The notes: generated from the letters alone by a model not told the origin. A stretch of DNA of 64,000 nucleotides from Polyangiales bacterium (GCA_038231275.1 JBBRLQ010000004.1:192001-256000), one strand, 5' to 3'. Shown: positions 50,555-60,642, counted from the stretch's first letter. Made by a program: numbers and translations.

Positions 50555-51394
50555 TCAGCTGCATCGCGCGAGCACGACGGCGGCGACGGGATCGGCGCGA
50601 TCGACCAGCAGCGCCTCACGCGCGGCTTGACGCGCCGACGCGCAATCCCCACGTCCCGCACGCGCCACCCCGATGAAGCCCCACGCGACGCCTTGACGCG
50701 CGTGATCGGGATCGCCGGTGAGGGGCGCGAGGACCACCTCCGCTTCGTCGAACGCGCCGCGACGGAGCATTTGGCGGCCGACGAGGAGGACCAAGGCAGG
50801 AAGATCGCCGAGACGCTCCCGCGCGCGCCCCAGCGCGTCGTCCGCCTCCCCTTCGCGCCCCAGACGCAGGAGCGACTCGACGAGGCCGGTCCACGCCATC
50901 GCGTCGCCCGCGTCGATCTCGGTGAGGCGTAGGAACTGCTCGCGCGCGTCGTCGAACGCGCCGCGCTGGTACAGGCGACGCCCCAAGTTCGCGCGCGCGG
51001 CGGCGAAGCCCGGGTCCACCTTGATGGCCATGCGGTAGTGCTGCTCCGCCTCCTTTCCGAGATCGCGCTGATCGAACAGGAGCCCGAGCGCGTGGTGGGG
51101 CGCCGGGAGATCGGGGTTCAGCTCGCGCGCCCTCTTGAAATGCGCGTACGCGAGGTCGAGGTTGCCGCGTCGCAGCTCGACGAGGCCGAGGTTCACCCAC
51201 GCCTCGACGAAGCGCGGGCTGTACTCGATCGCCAACGCCAGGCGGGCCGACGCCGTGGCCAGATCGCCCGAGGCGAGCGCGAGCGCGCCGTCTCGATTCA
51301 GGGCGGCCGCGCGTGGCGGCAACGGCGCGGCGTTCGAGCACGCGCCCGAGAGCGCGGCGAGGATCACGACCAACCCAAGGGCGAGCTTCCGCAT
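50555..51394 (-). CDS. TPR-repeat lipoprotein
   Basis: lipobox SGAC; AWVNLG, PHHALG, ARANLG repeats. Confidence 0.85.
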   Translation of the reverse strand: MRKLALGLVVILAALSGACSNAAPLPPRAAALNRDGALALASGDLATASARLALAIEYSPRFVEAWVNLGLVELRRGNLDLAYAHFKRARELNPDLPAPHHALGLLFDQRDLGKEAEQHYRMAIKVDPGFAAARANLGRRLYQRGAFDDAREQFLRLTEIDAGDAMAWTGLVESLLRLGREGEADDALGRARERLGDLPALVLLVGRQMLRRGAFDEAEVVLAPLTGDPDHARQGVAWGFIGVARAGRGDCASARQAAREALLVDRADPVAAVVLARCS

Positions 51395-51453
51395 GACGCC
51401 CCATCGGCACCGGCCCGGCCAGGTTGCGCGGAAAATGCTAAGGTGCTCCACCC

Positions 51454-51732
51454 ATGGCCGACGAGACCCAAGACCCTCGCAAAGTCCCATACTTGCGGGC
51501 GAGCATGGGGGACTTGTACCGCGCCCGCGAGGTCCCCTCGTGCGACGCGTGCGGCGAGGAGCTCCCGGTCGAGTCGTCCGACGATGGCTTCGGCGTGCGC
51601 GGCAAAGGCATGTACCTGAGCAGCCGCGGTGATGCGGTCCGGTACGAGGACGTGCCGCTTTGCCCCTCGTGCGGCACGGCGATCGCGCTGTCGGCCCTCC
51701 GGCAGTGGGAGAGCGAAGAAGAAGAGGGTTGA
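51454..51732 (+). CDS. small zinc-finger hypothetical protein
   Basis: CDACG...CPSCG; fills the gap between neighbouring genes. Confidence 0.65.
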   Translation: MADETQDPRKVPYLRASMGDLYRAREVPSCDACGEELPVESSDDGFGVRGKGMYLSSRGDAVRYEDVPLCPSCGTAIALSALRQWESEEEEG

Positions 51733-51760
51733 TCGGCCCGGGCGAGCCTGCGCGAGGCCG

Positions 51761-52552
51761 CTACTGAACTTTCCGATCGTCCTCTTCGAACTCACCGGGC
51801 GGTCGTCGCTCCAGGTGCTCGAGGCACAGCGCGCGAACGGCCGGCGACACGTGCGTCGACTCCGCGACGAGGCGCAGCTCCTGGCGCATCAAGAGACCGG
51901 CGATGGGGCCGCCAATCTCGACGGGCGTGTCCGGGTTCAGGATGACCGTGAGGCGCACGCGCGATCTGTGGATCCATCGGACGCTGCGCGCGATCTCGGC
52001 GAGGACGTCGGGCCGGCACGGGCGCTTCGACGCGAGACGGATCACGTCGTCCTCGGTCACGCGAGGATTGCGGAGGAGCTGGCGGATGACCTCGGGGTGC
52101 GGATCAAGCAGGAGGCGCGCGAGCAGATCGCCGTCTTGCCGCCGCGCGAGGCTCTTGCGCTCACCGAGGGTCAGCGTGCGGCCGCGCCCGTAGTCGGGGA
52201 TGCGATCGTCGTTGGGGTTCGCGGGCAGGATGGCGGCGCGCGGCGACGCGATGAGCGGATGACGCACCAGGCGCTCGAGCGACAAGAGCGACTCGCCGGT
52301 CGCCTCCTCGCGCAAGCGCTGCACGATCTCGCTGGAGCTCGGCGAGTTGAGCGCGTCCACGAGCGACACCAGCACTTCGCGCGCGGGCTCCTCCGCCTGC
52401 TCTGCGGCGTGGCATACGTGATCGAGCGCGCGCGCGAGCTCTGCGACCGGGACGTCGGCGAGCTGGGCGCGCCAATACGCGACCCGCAGCGGCGCGTCGC
52501 ACATGCTGCGCGTGACACGAACCAGGCCTTCCGCGCGCTCCCGGGCGTCCAC
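51761..52552 (-). CDS. hypothetical protein with LRV/HEAT-like repeats
   Basis: LLLDPHPEVIRQLLRNPRVT and VILNPDTP repeats. Confidence 0.75.
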   Translation of the reverse strand: MDARERAEGLVRVTRSMCDAPLRVAYWRAQLADVPVAELARALDHVCHAAEQAEEPAREVLVSLVDALNSPSSSEIVQRLREEATGESLLSLERLVRHPLIASPRAAILPANPNDDRIPDYGRGRTLTLGERKSLARRQDGDLLARLLLDPHPEVIRQLLRNPRVTEDDVIRLASKRPCRPDVLAEIARSVRWIHRSRVRLTVILNPDTPVEIGGPIAGLLMRQELRLVAESTHVSPAVRALCLEHLERRPPGEFEEDDRKVQ

Positions 52553-52620
52553 GTGTGGATTTTAGTCCTTTCGCCCTTTGACCGAAACGGGCAAACGGAA
52601 AGTCGCGGTACCATAGGGCT

Positions 52621-54243
52621 GTGAACCCCTACGGTCCGCCGCGTCCTGGCTACGGCCCGCCTTACCCACAAGGTCAGCAGCAACAGCCGCAGCAGCAACA
52701 GCCGCAGCAGCAGCCGCAGGGCTATGGACCGCCGCCCCAACAGCCCCAACACCAGGGCTACGGACCGCCGCTGCAACAACAGCCGCAACAGCCAGGCTAC
52801 GGACCGCCGCAACAACAAGGCTACGGACCGCCGCCCCAACAACAGCCGCAACAACAGCAACAGGGACAGGGACCGCGGCCGGCGATGGCGGCCGGGCCCG
52901 CGTCGAAGCCGCTCGCGCGTCTCCCGCTCCAAATCGGGACAACGAGCACGTGGAGCGCGGCGCGTGCGGCCATCGCGCTTTTCCCAGGCCTCGCGTTGAT
53001 GGCCTGCGGCGTCCTCACCGCGGTCCTCAGCGACGCCAAGGACGACGACGCCCTCAGCCTGACGTTCACGCTCTGGCCGCTCACGCTTGTCCTCGGCCCG
53101 CTCCTCCTCGCCTACGGGTTTTTCCATCTCTACGGCGCGCTCAAGAACCGCGCGAGCGACGTGCTCCTCCACACCGAGGGGCTCGTCGTCGACGGCGGGC
53201 GCCTGCACGGCACGCGGATCGCGTGGGGCGATCTCACGCATCCCTTCGCGCACGTCGAAGAGACGGAGGCGACCCGCCTCGTGATGTGGAAGATGCTCCT
53301 CTTCACGTTGTGGCTCGTGGTCGTCGTGGCGTCCCGCGGTGACGTGCGCGGCTCGATGTCGCCGGTCCAGCGCGTGCGCGTGTGGCGCCTTTGGGTCGTG
53401 CGCGGCGGGCGGCCCGAGATCGTCGCGCAGACCGATCGCGAGATCGAGGCCGACTCGATGCATGCGGCGGCGGCGAGCATCGAGGCGGTGGTGAGCGGCC
53501 GAAAGTACGTCGAGGAGGCGCCGCACGTCGCGACGCAGATCACCGGCTGCCCGCAGTGCGGCGCGCCGGCGATCCCCGACGACGCGCCGCAGGTCTCGTG
53601 CGTGTATTGCCGCGCGTGGGTGCCGCTCCCGCCGCAGGTGCGCGGGCAGGCGGCGGCGGCGAAGGCGATGCAGTCGAGCCGCGCCGTCCACCAGACCATG
53701 ATCCAGAAGCTCGTGCAGCAGCCGAAGGCGGGCCGCTCGAACGGCTGGCTGCTCGTCTTCACGCTCCTCATGTTCGGCGCGTGGCCGCTCGGATGGGGCC
53801 TCGTCGCGTCGCACGCGCTCGCCGACGGGTTTCAGCTCGAGGACGCGGCGTTCCTCCTCTTGCCCTTCGCCGCGGTGCTCGGCGCGTTCTTCCTCGCCCG
53901 CGCGCGCCTGGCCGACCGCGGCGCGCTCCAGATGCTCACGCTCGGGTTCGGCGCGCTCGCGCCGCGTCGTGAGGGAGAGCCATCACGGTGCCGGCGCTGC
54001 CAGGGTCCCCTTCCCGACGCGGGCCTCGGAGGCGTCGCGCAGTGCCGCTACTGCGCCGCCGACAACATCGTGGGCCTCGATCTGCGCCCGAGCGTCGACC
54101 AGGCGCGCGCCGAGCAAGTCACCTTCGACGACGCGCTCAAGAAGCGCTCGAGCGAGAAGATGCTGTGGGCCGCGCTCTCCGTGGTGGCGGTGCTCGCTCT
54201 GCTCGGTTGGATCGGAGGGGTCGTCGCGTACGCTTTTCTCTAG
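52621..54243 (+). CDS. membrane protein with QQQGYGPP repeats and two zinc ribbons
   Basis: Q/P/G/Y-rich N-terminus; several TM segments; CPQC..CVYC and CRRC..CRYC. Confidence 0.75.
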   Translation: MNPYGPPRPGYGPPYPQGQQQQPQQQQPQQQPQGYGPPPQQPQHQGYGPPLQQQPQQPGYGPPQQQGYGPPPQQQPQQQQQGQGPRPAMAAGPASKPLARLPLQIGTTSTWSAARAAIALFPGLALMACGVLTAVLSDAKDDDALSLTFTLWPLTLVLGPLLLAYGFFHLYGALKNRASDVLLHTEGLVVDGGRLHGTRIAWGDLTHPFAHVEETEATRLVMWKMLLFTLWLVVVVASRGDVRGSMSPVQRVRVWRLWVVRGGRPEIVAQTDREIEADSMHAAAASIEAVVSGRKYVEEAPHVATQITGCPQCGAPAIPDDAPQVSCVYCRAWVPLPPQVRGQAAAAKAMQSSRAVHQTMIQKLVQQPKAGRSNGWLLVFTLLMFGAWPLGWGLVASHALADGFQLEDAAFLLLPFAAVLGAFFLARARLADRGALQMLTLGFGALAPRREGEPSRCRRCQGPLPDAGLGGVAQCRYCAADNIVGLDLRPSVDQARAEQVTFDDALKKRSSEKMLWAALSVVAVLALLGWIGGVVAYAFL

Positions 54244-54244
54244 C

Positions 54245-54265
54245 AGGCTGCTGCAAAAGCAGCCT
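54245..54265. terminator. hairpin between convergent genes
   Basis: AGGCTGCT-GCAAA-AGCAGCCT directly after the stop codon; no U-tract. Confidence 0.4.
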
Positions 54266-54359
54266 ACCGGAAGGCGCGGGAGCGGTTTTGCGCCAGCGGG
54301 TGGTCTGAAGGCACGCGATCCTCGGGCGACATCAGGCACAGCATCGACGACTGCTTGGT

Positions 54360-55919
54360 CTAGAAGCCCAAGTCGGCAGGCTTGGCGGGCCCCGGCGGCT
54401 TCGCAGGTCCCGGCGGCTTCGCGCCTCCGGGGGAGCCGTTTCCGCCATTTCCGTTGGGCCGCGGCACGGGCGCGTGAGGCGTGCCGCCACCGGCCGCAAC
54501 GACGGGCGGAGGCACGGGCGGCGCCGAGGCCGTCGGAACCGCGCCGGTCCCAGGCGCGGTCGCGACCACCGGCGGATCGATCGGCGGCGGAACGTCGACG
54601 GCAGCCGGCGGCGGACTCGTGGTCGCCGTCGCGACGGCGGCCGTCGTGGTGCCCGCAGTGGCCGGCGCCTTCTTGCCGCCCTTCATCATCATCACGCCGC
54701 CCACACCGATCGCGAGCACGAGCACCGCGCCGCCGATCCCGATCGCGACGCCTGCGCCGCTCTTCTTGGGGACGCCCGCGGCGCCGCCGTTGTACGTCTT
54801 GGCGAGCGGCGCGCCCGTCGTGTTCCCGGACACCCCCTGCGCCATCGGCGCCTGACCCGGGTAAGGCGTCTGCTGCATCATCCCGCCTTGCCCAGCCTGT
54901 CCCCCGTGCTGCGCCGGGTTCGGCGTGGCCAAGAGCGCCGTCTGGTGCGGGTTCGGCGTGTTCGCGAGGAGCGGGTTCCCCGCCGTCGGCATGTTCGGCG
55001 AAACGTTCGGCGCGTTGGGCATCAACGCCGTGCCGCCGATCTGGTTGCGATCCATCACGTCGGTCACCGTCGACTGACCGAGCGTCATGGCGAGCGAGTC
55101 CGCGAACTCCTTCGCCGACTGGTAACGCTTCGACGTGTCGCGATCGGCCGCGCGCGACCACCACCGGTCGAACTGCGGCGGGACGCTCGCGATGTGCGAC
55201 GGCACCGGCACCGGCGCGACGATGATCTTGACGAGCAGATCCCCGAGCGCTTCGCTCTCGAACGGCAGCCGCCCCGTGAGCATCTGGTACACGATGACGG
55301 CGAGCGACCAAAGATCGCTCCGCCAGTCGACGCCCTTTGTCCCCTGGGCCTGCTCCGGGCTCATGTAGTACGGCGTCCCGAGCATCGCGCCGGTCTTCGT
55401 GTTGTTGCCTGTGTCGAGGCCCGTCGTGTTCTTCTTCGCGATCCCGAAGTCGAGGACCTTCACGATCTCCCGATCGTCGTCGCGCACGAGGAAGATGTTG
55501 TCGGGCTTCAGATCGCGGTGGACGATGCCGGCCTGGTGCGCCTTCGTCAGCGCGCGCGCGACCTGCTGGATGATCGTGTTGATCTCCGGCGTCGGCAGCG
55601 TGCGGAGGCGCGTGAGGCGCTTGCCGAGGTCTTCGCCTTCGAGCAGCTCCATCGCGATGTACGGCGTGTTCTCCCAGACGCCGTGATCGAGGATCTGGAC
55701 GACGTGGGGGCTGCGAAGCTGAGCGGCCGCTTTCGCCTCGCGCTCGAAGCGCGCTTGCGCTTCGGCGAGCCCGGCGAACTCTCCCTCGATGAACTTCACC
55801 GCGCACGGGATGTCGAGCCCCAGGTGCGTGGCGTGCCAGACCGAACCCATGCCGCCCCGACCAATGAGGCGGTTCAACTTGAAGCGACCAGCGACGACGA
55901 GATCCTCAACGAGCTGCAT
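54360..55919 (-). CDS. Hanks-type Ser/Thr kinase with TM helix
   Basis: GRGGMG, AVK, HRDLKPDN, DFGIAK, GTPYYMSPEQ. Confidence 0.95.
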   Translation of the reverse strand: MQLVEDLVVAGRFKLNRLIGRGGMGSVWHATHLGLDIPCAVKFIEGEFAGLAEAQARFEREAKAAAQLRSPHVVQILDHGVWENTPYIAMELLEGEDLGKRLTRLRTLPTPEINTIIQQVARALTKAHQAGIVHRDLKPDNIFLVRDDDREIVKVLDFGIAKKNTTGLDTGNNTKTGAMLGTPYYMSPEQAQGTKGVDWRSDLWSLAVIVYQMLTGRLPFESEALGDLLVKIIVAPVPVPSHIASVPPQFDRWWSRAADRDTSKRYQSAKEFADSLAMTLGQSTVTDVMDRNQIGGTALMPNAPNVSPNMPTAGNPLLANTPNPHQTALLATPNPAQHGGQAGQGGMMQQTPYPGQAPMAQGVSGNTTGAPLAKTYNGGAAGVPKKSGAGVAIGIGGAVLVLAIGVGGVMMMKGGKKAPATAGTTTAAVATATTSPPPAAVDVPPPIDPPVVATAPGTGAVPTASAPPVPPPVVAAGGGTPHAPVPRPNGNGGNGSPGGAKPPGPAKPPGPAKPADLGF

Positions 55920-56180
55920 GGATGGGCTTCCCCCCAGTCTACTAGCGTCAGACTACCTCAATGCGGGCACCGGCATCGAACGGATCGGCACGCCGCCGAT
56001 GCATATTAAGATGAGTACGGAGCAGAGTCGCAAAAGAGAGTATTTTTGTCCGAGAGGGTCCTTCGTGTCGCTGCATGGCGACACATGGTTCCCTCCCCGC
56101 GATGGTGCAGGGATTTCACTTACCTTGCGCTGGCCGCACGATCTGTCTCCACTACGCGCATCACGTAAAGACTCCTGCCC

Positions 56181-56546
56181 ATGCCCAGCAAGCCTCCTGC
56201 CAAACCGCCGAGCAAGGCCATACCCCCTGCCGGCCCTCCCGCCGGCCCGAGCGAGGACGATGACGTCGTCGTCGAAGAACGCCAAAAGACAAGCGTTCCG
56301 AAGCGCTGGCGTGTCGTCTTCCACAACGATGATTACACTTCGATGGAATACGTGGTGACGGCGCTTGTGCAGATCTTTCACAAAAGCGAGGCAGAGGCCT
56401 TCCACTTGATGCTGACCGTGCACAAGAAGGGAAGCGCCTCTGTAGGCCTGTATCCTCGCGACGTCGCCGAGACCAAGGTCGACGTCGTCACGAAACACGC
56501 GAGGGAGCACGGCATGCCGCTCCTCGTCACCGCAGAGCCCGAATGA
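56181..56546 (+). CDS. clpS: ATP-dependent Clp protease adaptor
   Basis: VVFHNDDYTSMEYV, MLTVHKKG, AETKV. Confidence 0.95.
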   Translation: MPSKPPAKPPSKAIPPAGPPAGPSEDDDVVVEERQKTSVPKRWRVVFHNDDYTSMEYVVTALVQIFHKSEAEAFHLMLTVHKKGSASVGLYPRDVAETKVDVVTKHAREHGMPLLVTAEPE

Positions 56547-56553
56547 GAGCGTC

Positions 56554-58908
56554 TTGAGCAACAAAGAATCCCCCTCCCCGATCAGCCCGGAAGTCGAAAT
56601 CGCCCTCTCCCTCGCCGCGAACGAAGCGGCGCGAAGGAGGCACGAGTTCGTCACCGTCGAGCACTTGCTCTTCGCGCTCCTCTTCGACGACGCGACCGCG
56701 CTCGTGGTGAAGCACGCCGGCGGAGACGTCTCGCAGCTCAAGAAGAAGCTCGAGGGCTACCTCGACACGGAGCTGGAAGCGCTCGGCGAGGACGGCGGGG
56801 ACACGATCCCGACGGCCACGCTCGCTGTTCAGCGCGCCATTCGCCGATCGATCGGCCACGTTCGGTCGAGCGGCAAGGAACAGGTCAGCGGCGCGAACGT
56901 GCTCGTCGCGATCTTCGCGGAGCGCGACTCGTACGCGGTCAGCCTCCTCGAGGACAACGGCGTCACCCGCCTCGACGTCGTCGCGTACATCGCCCACGGC
57001 GTCAGCAAGATCTCGGATGACGAGAGCACCGGCGAGACCGCCAAGGTCGACGCCGAAGGCGACGGCGCGCGCCCCAACAAGGATCCGCTCAAGGCCTTCT
57101 GCGTGAACCTCAACGAGGAGGCCAAAGAAGGGCGCATCGATCGCCTCATCGGCCGCGCGCGAGAAGTGGACCGCATCATCCAGGTCCTCGCGCGACGGAA
57201 GAAGAACAACCCGCTCCTCGTCGGCGACTCCGGCGTCGGCAAGACCGCCATCGTCCAAGGCCTCGCGCTGCGCATCGAGAACAAAGAGGTGCCGAAGGCG
57301 CTCGAGGGCGCGGTCGTCTACAGCCTCGACATGGGCGCCCTCCTCGCGGGCACGCGCTACCGCGGCGATTTCGAAGAGCGCCTGAAGGGCGTCGTGAAGG
57401 CGCTCCAGAAGCTCGACAACGCCGTGCTCTTCATCGACGAAATCCACACCATCGTCGGCGCCGGCGCCACGAGCGGCGGCAGCATGGACGCGTCCAACTT
57501 GCTGAAGCCCGCGCTCGCGAGCGGCAAGCTTCGCTGCATCGGTTCGACGACGTTCGAGGAGTACCGCACGCACTTCGAGAAGGATCGTGCGCTCTCACGC
57601 CGCTTCCAGCGCGTCGAGGTGCTCGAGCCGAGCCTCGCCGAGACGAAGGAGATCCTGAAGGGCCTCCAGAAGCAGTACGAGGAGTTCCACGGCGTCACCT
57701 ACACCGCCGACGCGATGGAGGCGGCGGCGGTCCTCGCGAGCCGGTACCTCCACGACCGGCGGATGCCCGACAAGGCGATCGACCTCATGGACGAGGCCGG
57801 CGCCGCGGTGAAGCTCTCGATCGGCCCGGGCGCCAAGGTCGAGACCACCGACGTCGAGACGGTCCTCGCGCGCATGGCGCAGATTCCGCCGCGGGAGGTG
57901 TCCAGCAACGACAAGGAGAAGCTCCGGTCGCTCGCCGCCGATCTCAAGGGCAAGGTCTTCGGACAAGAGGACGCGATCGACCAGCTCGCCTCCGCCATCA
58001 AGCTCGCGCGCGCGGGGCTCCGGAGCCCCGAGAAGCCGATCGGCAGCTTCCTCTTCACGGGCCCCACCGGCGTCGGCAAGACCGAGGTCGCCAAGCAGCT
58101 CGCGAAGACCATGGGCATCACCTTCATCCGCTTCGACATGAGCGAGTACATGGAGCGCCACACCGTCTCGCGCCTCATCGGCGCGCCTCCGGGGTACGTG
58201 GGCTTCGATCAGGGCGGCCTCCTCACCGACGCCATCGCGAAGACGCCGCACGCGGTGCTCTTGCTCGACGAGATCGAGAAGGCGCACCCCGACGTGTTCA
58301 ACGTGCTCCTCCAGGTGATGGACCACGGCAAGCTCACCGACAACAACGGCAAAGCCACCGATTTCCGGCACGTCATCTTGCTCATGACGAGCAACGCGGG
58401 CGCGCGGGATTTGCAAAAGAAGCAGGTCGGCTTCGGCGAGTCGCGCGTCAGCGGGGACGCCGAGCGCGAGTACAAGAACCTGTTCAGCCCCGAGTTCCGA
58501 AACCGCCTCGACGCCCGCATCCGCTTCGCGCCGCTGTCGCCGCCGATCATGGCGAGCATCGTCGACAAATTCCTGGGCGAGCTCGAGACACAGCTCGAGG
58601 AGCGCAAGGTCACCATCTCGGTCACCGCCGCCGGCAAGGCCCTGCTCGCCGAGAAGGGCTACGATCCGGACTTCGGCGCCCGCCCGCTCGCGCGCGTCAT
58701 CCAAGACGACATCAAGCGGCCGCTCGGGGACGAGCTCCTCTTCGGCGCGCTCGAGCACGGCGGCGAGGTGAAGCTCGACGTGGCGCCCGACAACGAGGGC
58801 AAGCCGCTCGAAGACAAGAAGCTGGTCTTCGCGTTCACGTCCGCGCCTCCCCCTCCCGCACCGGAGAGCGAGCCGGAAGAGAAGGCTCCTGCGAGCCAGC
58901 TGAATTGA
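56554..58908 (+). CDS. clpA: ATP-dependent Clp protease ATP-binding subunit ClpA
   Basis: HEFVTVEHLL; GDSGVGKT and GPTGVGKT; no ClpB middle domain; VGF loop; follows clpS. Confidence 0.95.
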   Translation: MSNKESPSPISPEVEIALSLAANEAARRRHEFVTVEHLLFALLFDDATALVVKHAGGDVSQLKKKLEGYLDTELEALGEDGGDTIPTATLAVQRAIRRSIGHVRSSGKEQVSGANVLVAIFAERDSYAVSLLEDNGVTRLDVVAYIAHGVSKISDDESTGETAKVDAEGDGARPNKDPLKAFCVNLNEEAKEGRIDRLIGRAREVDRIIQVLARRKKNNPLLVGDSGVGKTAIVQGLALRIENKEVPKALEGAVVYSLDMGALLAGTRYRGDFEERLKGVVKALQKLDNAVLFIDEIHTIVGAGATSGGSMDASNLLKPALASGKLRCIGSTTFEEYRTHFEKDRALSRRFQRVEVLEPSLAETKEILKGLQKQYEEFHGVTYTADAMEAAAVLASRYLHDRRMPDKAIDLMDEAGAAVKLSIGPGAKVETTDVETVLARMAQIPPREVSSNDKEKLRSLAADLKGKVFGQEDAIDQLASAIKLARAGLRSPEKPIGSFLFTGPTGVGKTEVAKQLAKTMGITFIRFDMSEYMERHTVSRLIGAPPGYVGFDQGGLLTDAIAKTPHAVLLLDEIEKAHPDVFNVLLQVMDHGKLTDNNGKATDFRHVILLMTSNAGARDLQKKQVGFGESRVSGDAEREYKNLFSPEFRNRLDARIRFAPLSPPIMASIVDKFLGELETQLEERKVTISVTAAGKALLAEKGYDPDFGARPLARVIQDDIKRPLGDELLFGALEHGGEVKLDVAPDNEGKPLEDKKLVFAFTSAPPPPAPESEPEEKAPASQLN

Positions 58909-58927
58909 ATGAGGTAGTGTCATCGCC

Positions 58928-59374
58928 ATGAGCGACATCAAAGAGATCCTCGTGCCGGTCGACTTCACGCCCACGAGCGAGCATGCGCTCGACTACGCGA
59001 TCGAGTTCGCGAAGAAGCTCGGCGCGAAAATCACGCTCCTCCACGCGTACGAGCTACCGATCTACGGCTTCCCCGACGGCGCCCTCGTGGCGTCGGCGGA
59101 GGTGGCCGGACGCATCCTGGCGAGCGCGCAGGCAGGCCTGAACGCGACGGTCGAGAAGAACAAGGGCCGCGGCGTCGAGCTGCGCCTCCTCCTTCGCGAT
59201 GGTCCGCCAGCCCACGAGATCGCGGCTGTGGCGAAGGAGCTCCACGTCGATCTCGTGATCCTCGGGACGCACGGACGCACGGGCCTCCGTCGCGCGATCA
59301 TGGGGAGCGTCGCCGAGGAGGTCATCCGCGCCTGCGAATGCCCGGTCCTCGCGCTCCACGACGCCAAGAAGTAG
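58928..59374 (+). CDS. universal stress protein
   Basis: ILVPVDF; GTHGRTG...GSVAEEV...CPVL. Confidence 0.93.
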   Translation: MSDIKEILVPVDFTPTSEHALDYAIEFAKKLGAKITLLHAYELPIYGFPDGALVASAEVAGRILASAQAGLNATVEKNKGRGVELRLLLRDGPPAHEIAAVAKELHVDLVILGTHGRTGLRRAIMGSVAEEVIRACECPVLALHDAKK

Positions 59375-59406
59375 CGTACTGGCCATTCGTTCAGTATGCT
59401 CACGGA

Positions 59407-60537
59407 GTGAAGCTCCACCCCGTCGACAACCCGCCGAACCCCTGGGCCACCACCGACATCGAGTACCTCGGCGGTGAGGTGCCCAACGCCGATCTCGTCG
59501 TGCTCGAGGATCACTCGCGCGAGATCCTCTCGAAGAACACGAGCCCCGACGTCCCGTTCACGTGGAGCGTGAACCCGTACCGCGGCTGCTTTCACGCGTG
59601 CGCCTACTGCTACGCGCGCCCCTCGCACGAGTACTTGAGCCTCGGCGCCGGCACCGACTTCGAGCGGAAGATCGTCATCAAGCCCGAGGCGCCCGCGCTG
59701 CTGAGGGAGGCGTTCGAGCGGCGCTCGTGGAAGGGCGAGCTCGTCGCGTTCAGCGGCGTCACCGACTGCTACCAACCCCTCGAGGCGAGCTACGGCCTGA
59801 CGCGCGGCTGCCTCGAGGTATGTGTAGAATACAAGAACCCTGCGTCGGTGATCACCAAGTCGCCGCTCGTCGAGCGCGACGCGGATCTCCTCGCCGAGCT
59901 CGTGAGGGTCGCGCACTGCCACGTGAGCGTCAGCATCCCCTTCTGGTCGGAGGCAAACGCGCGCGCGATCGAGCCGTTCGTCACGACGCCGGCGCGCCGG
60001 ATGCGCATCCTGGAGCGCCTCGCGGCCAAGGGCATCCCCGTCGGCGTGATGGTGGCGCCGGTCATTCCGGGCCTCAACGACGCGGACATCGCCACGATCC
60101 TCGAGCGCGCGAAGGACGCGGGGGCCACGTACGCGGGGATGGTGCTGCTGCGCCTGCCGGGGGCAGTGAAGGAGGTGTTCGAGGCGCGCGTCCGCACGGC
60201 GCTCCCGCTGCGCGCCGAGCGCATCTTGCGGCGCGTGCGGGAGACGCGCGGGGGCAGCATGTATGATGCACGCTTCGGGGTTCGCCAGAAGGGCGAGGGA
60301 CCGTACGCCGACGCCATCGGCGCGCTCTTCGATTCGACGGCGACGCGGCTCGGCCTTCAGACCCGCGCCGAGTGGAGCGAAGCGCCGCGGAGCGGAACGC
60401 TCCTGAAGGAAAGGCCTGACCGGCTTTTCCGGTCAGGCCCGGAGCGGCGCGAGATGCCTGCCGAGGCGGAGGCGAGCAAAGAGCGGCCGGCCACGTTCGA
60501 GCGGCCGGCGCGTGGGGGACAGATGCGATTGTTTTAA
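59407..60537 (+). CDS. PA0069/Rv2578c-type radical SAM protein (SplB-related)
   Basis: NPYRGCFHACAYCYAR; TDCYQPLE; ITKS; APVIPGLND. Confidence 0.9.
   Translation: MKLHPVDNPPNPWATTDIEYLGGEVPNADLVVLEDHSREILSKNTSPDVPFTWSVNPYRGCFHACAYCYARPSHEYLSLGAGTDFERKIVIKPEAPALLREAFERRSWKGELVAFSGVTDCYQPLEASYGLTRGCLEVCVEYKNPASVITKSPLVERDADLLAELVRVAHCHVSVSIPFWSEANARAIEPFVTTPARRMRILERLAAKGIPVGVMVAPVIPGLNDADIATILERAKDAGATYAGMVLLRLPGAVKEVFEARVRTALPLRAERILRRVRETRGGSMYDARFGVRQKGEGPYADAIGALFDSTATRLGLQTRAEWSEAPRSGTLLKERPDRLFRSGPERREMPAEAEASKERPATFERPARGGQMRLF
60413..60439. repeat. perfect 11-bp inverted repeat inside a CDS
   Basis: GGCCTGACCGG-CTTTT-CCGGTCAGGCC. Confidence 0.85.
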
Positions 60538-60642
60538 GGGTAGTGTTTGCGTGGTTGGAGGTGCGGTGATGCAGCGCCAACGACCACTCATCTGCTTCGG
60601 CCGCGCTGGACGCCTTCGCCCAACCCTCTATCGTGAGCACCG

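Noticed and set aside
56181-59374. clpS-clpA-USP as a novel system
   Set aside because: Standard housekeeping arrangement.
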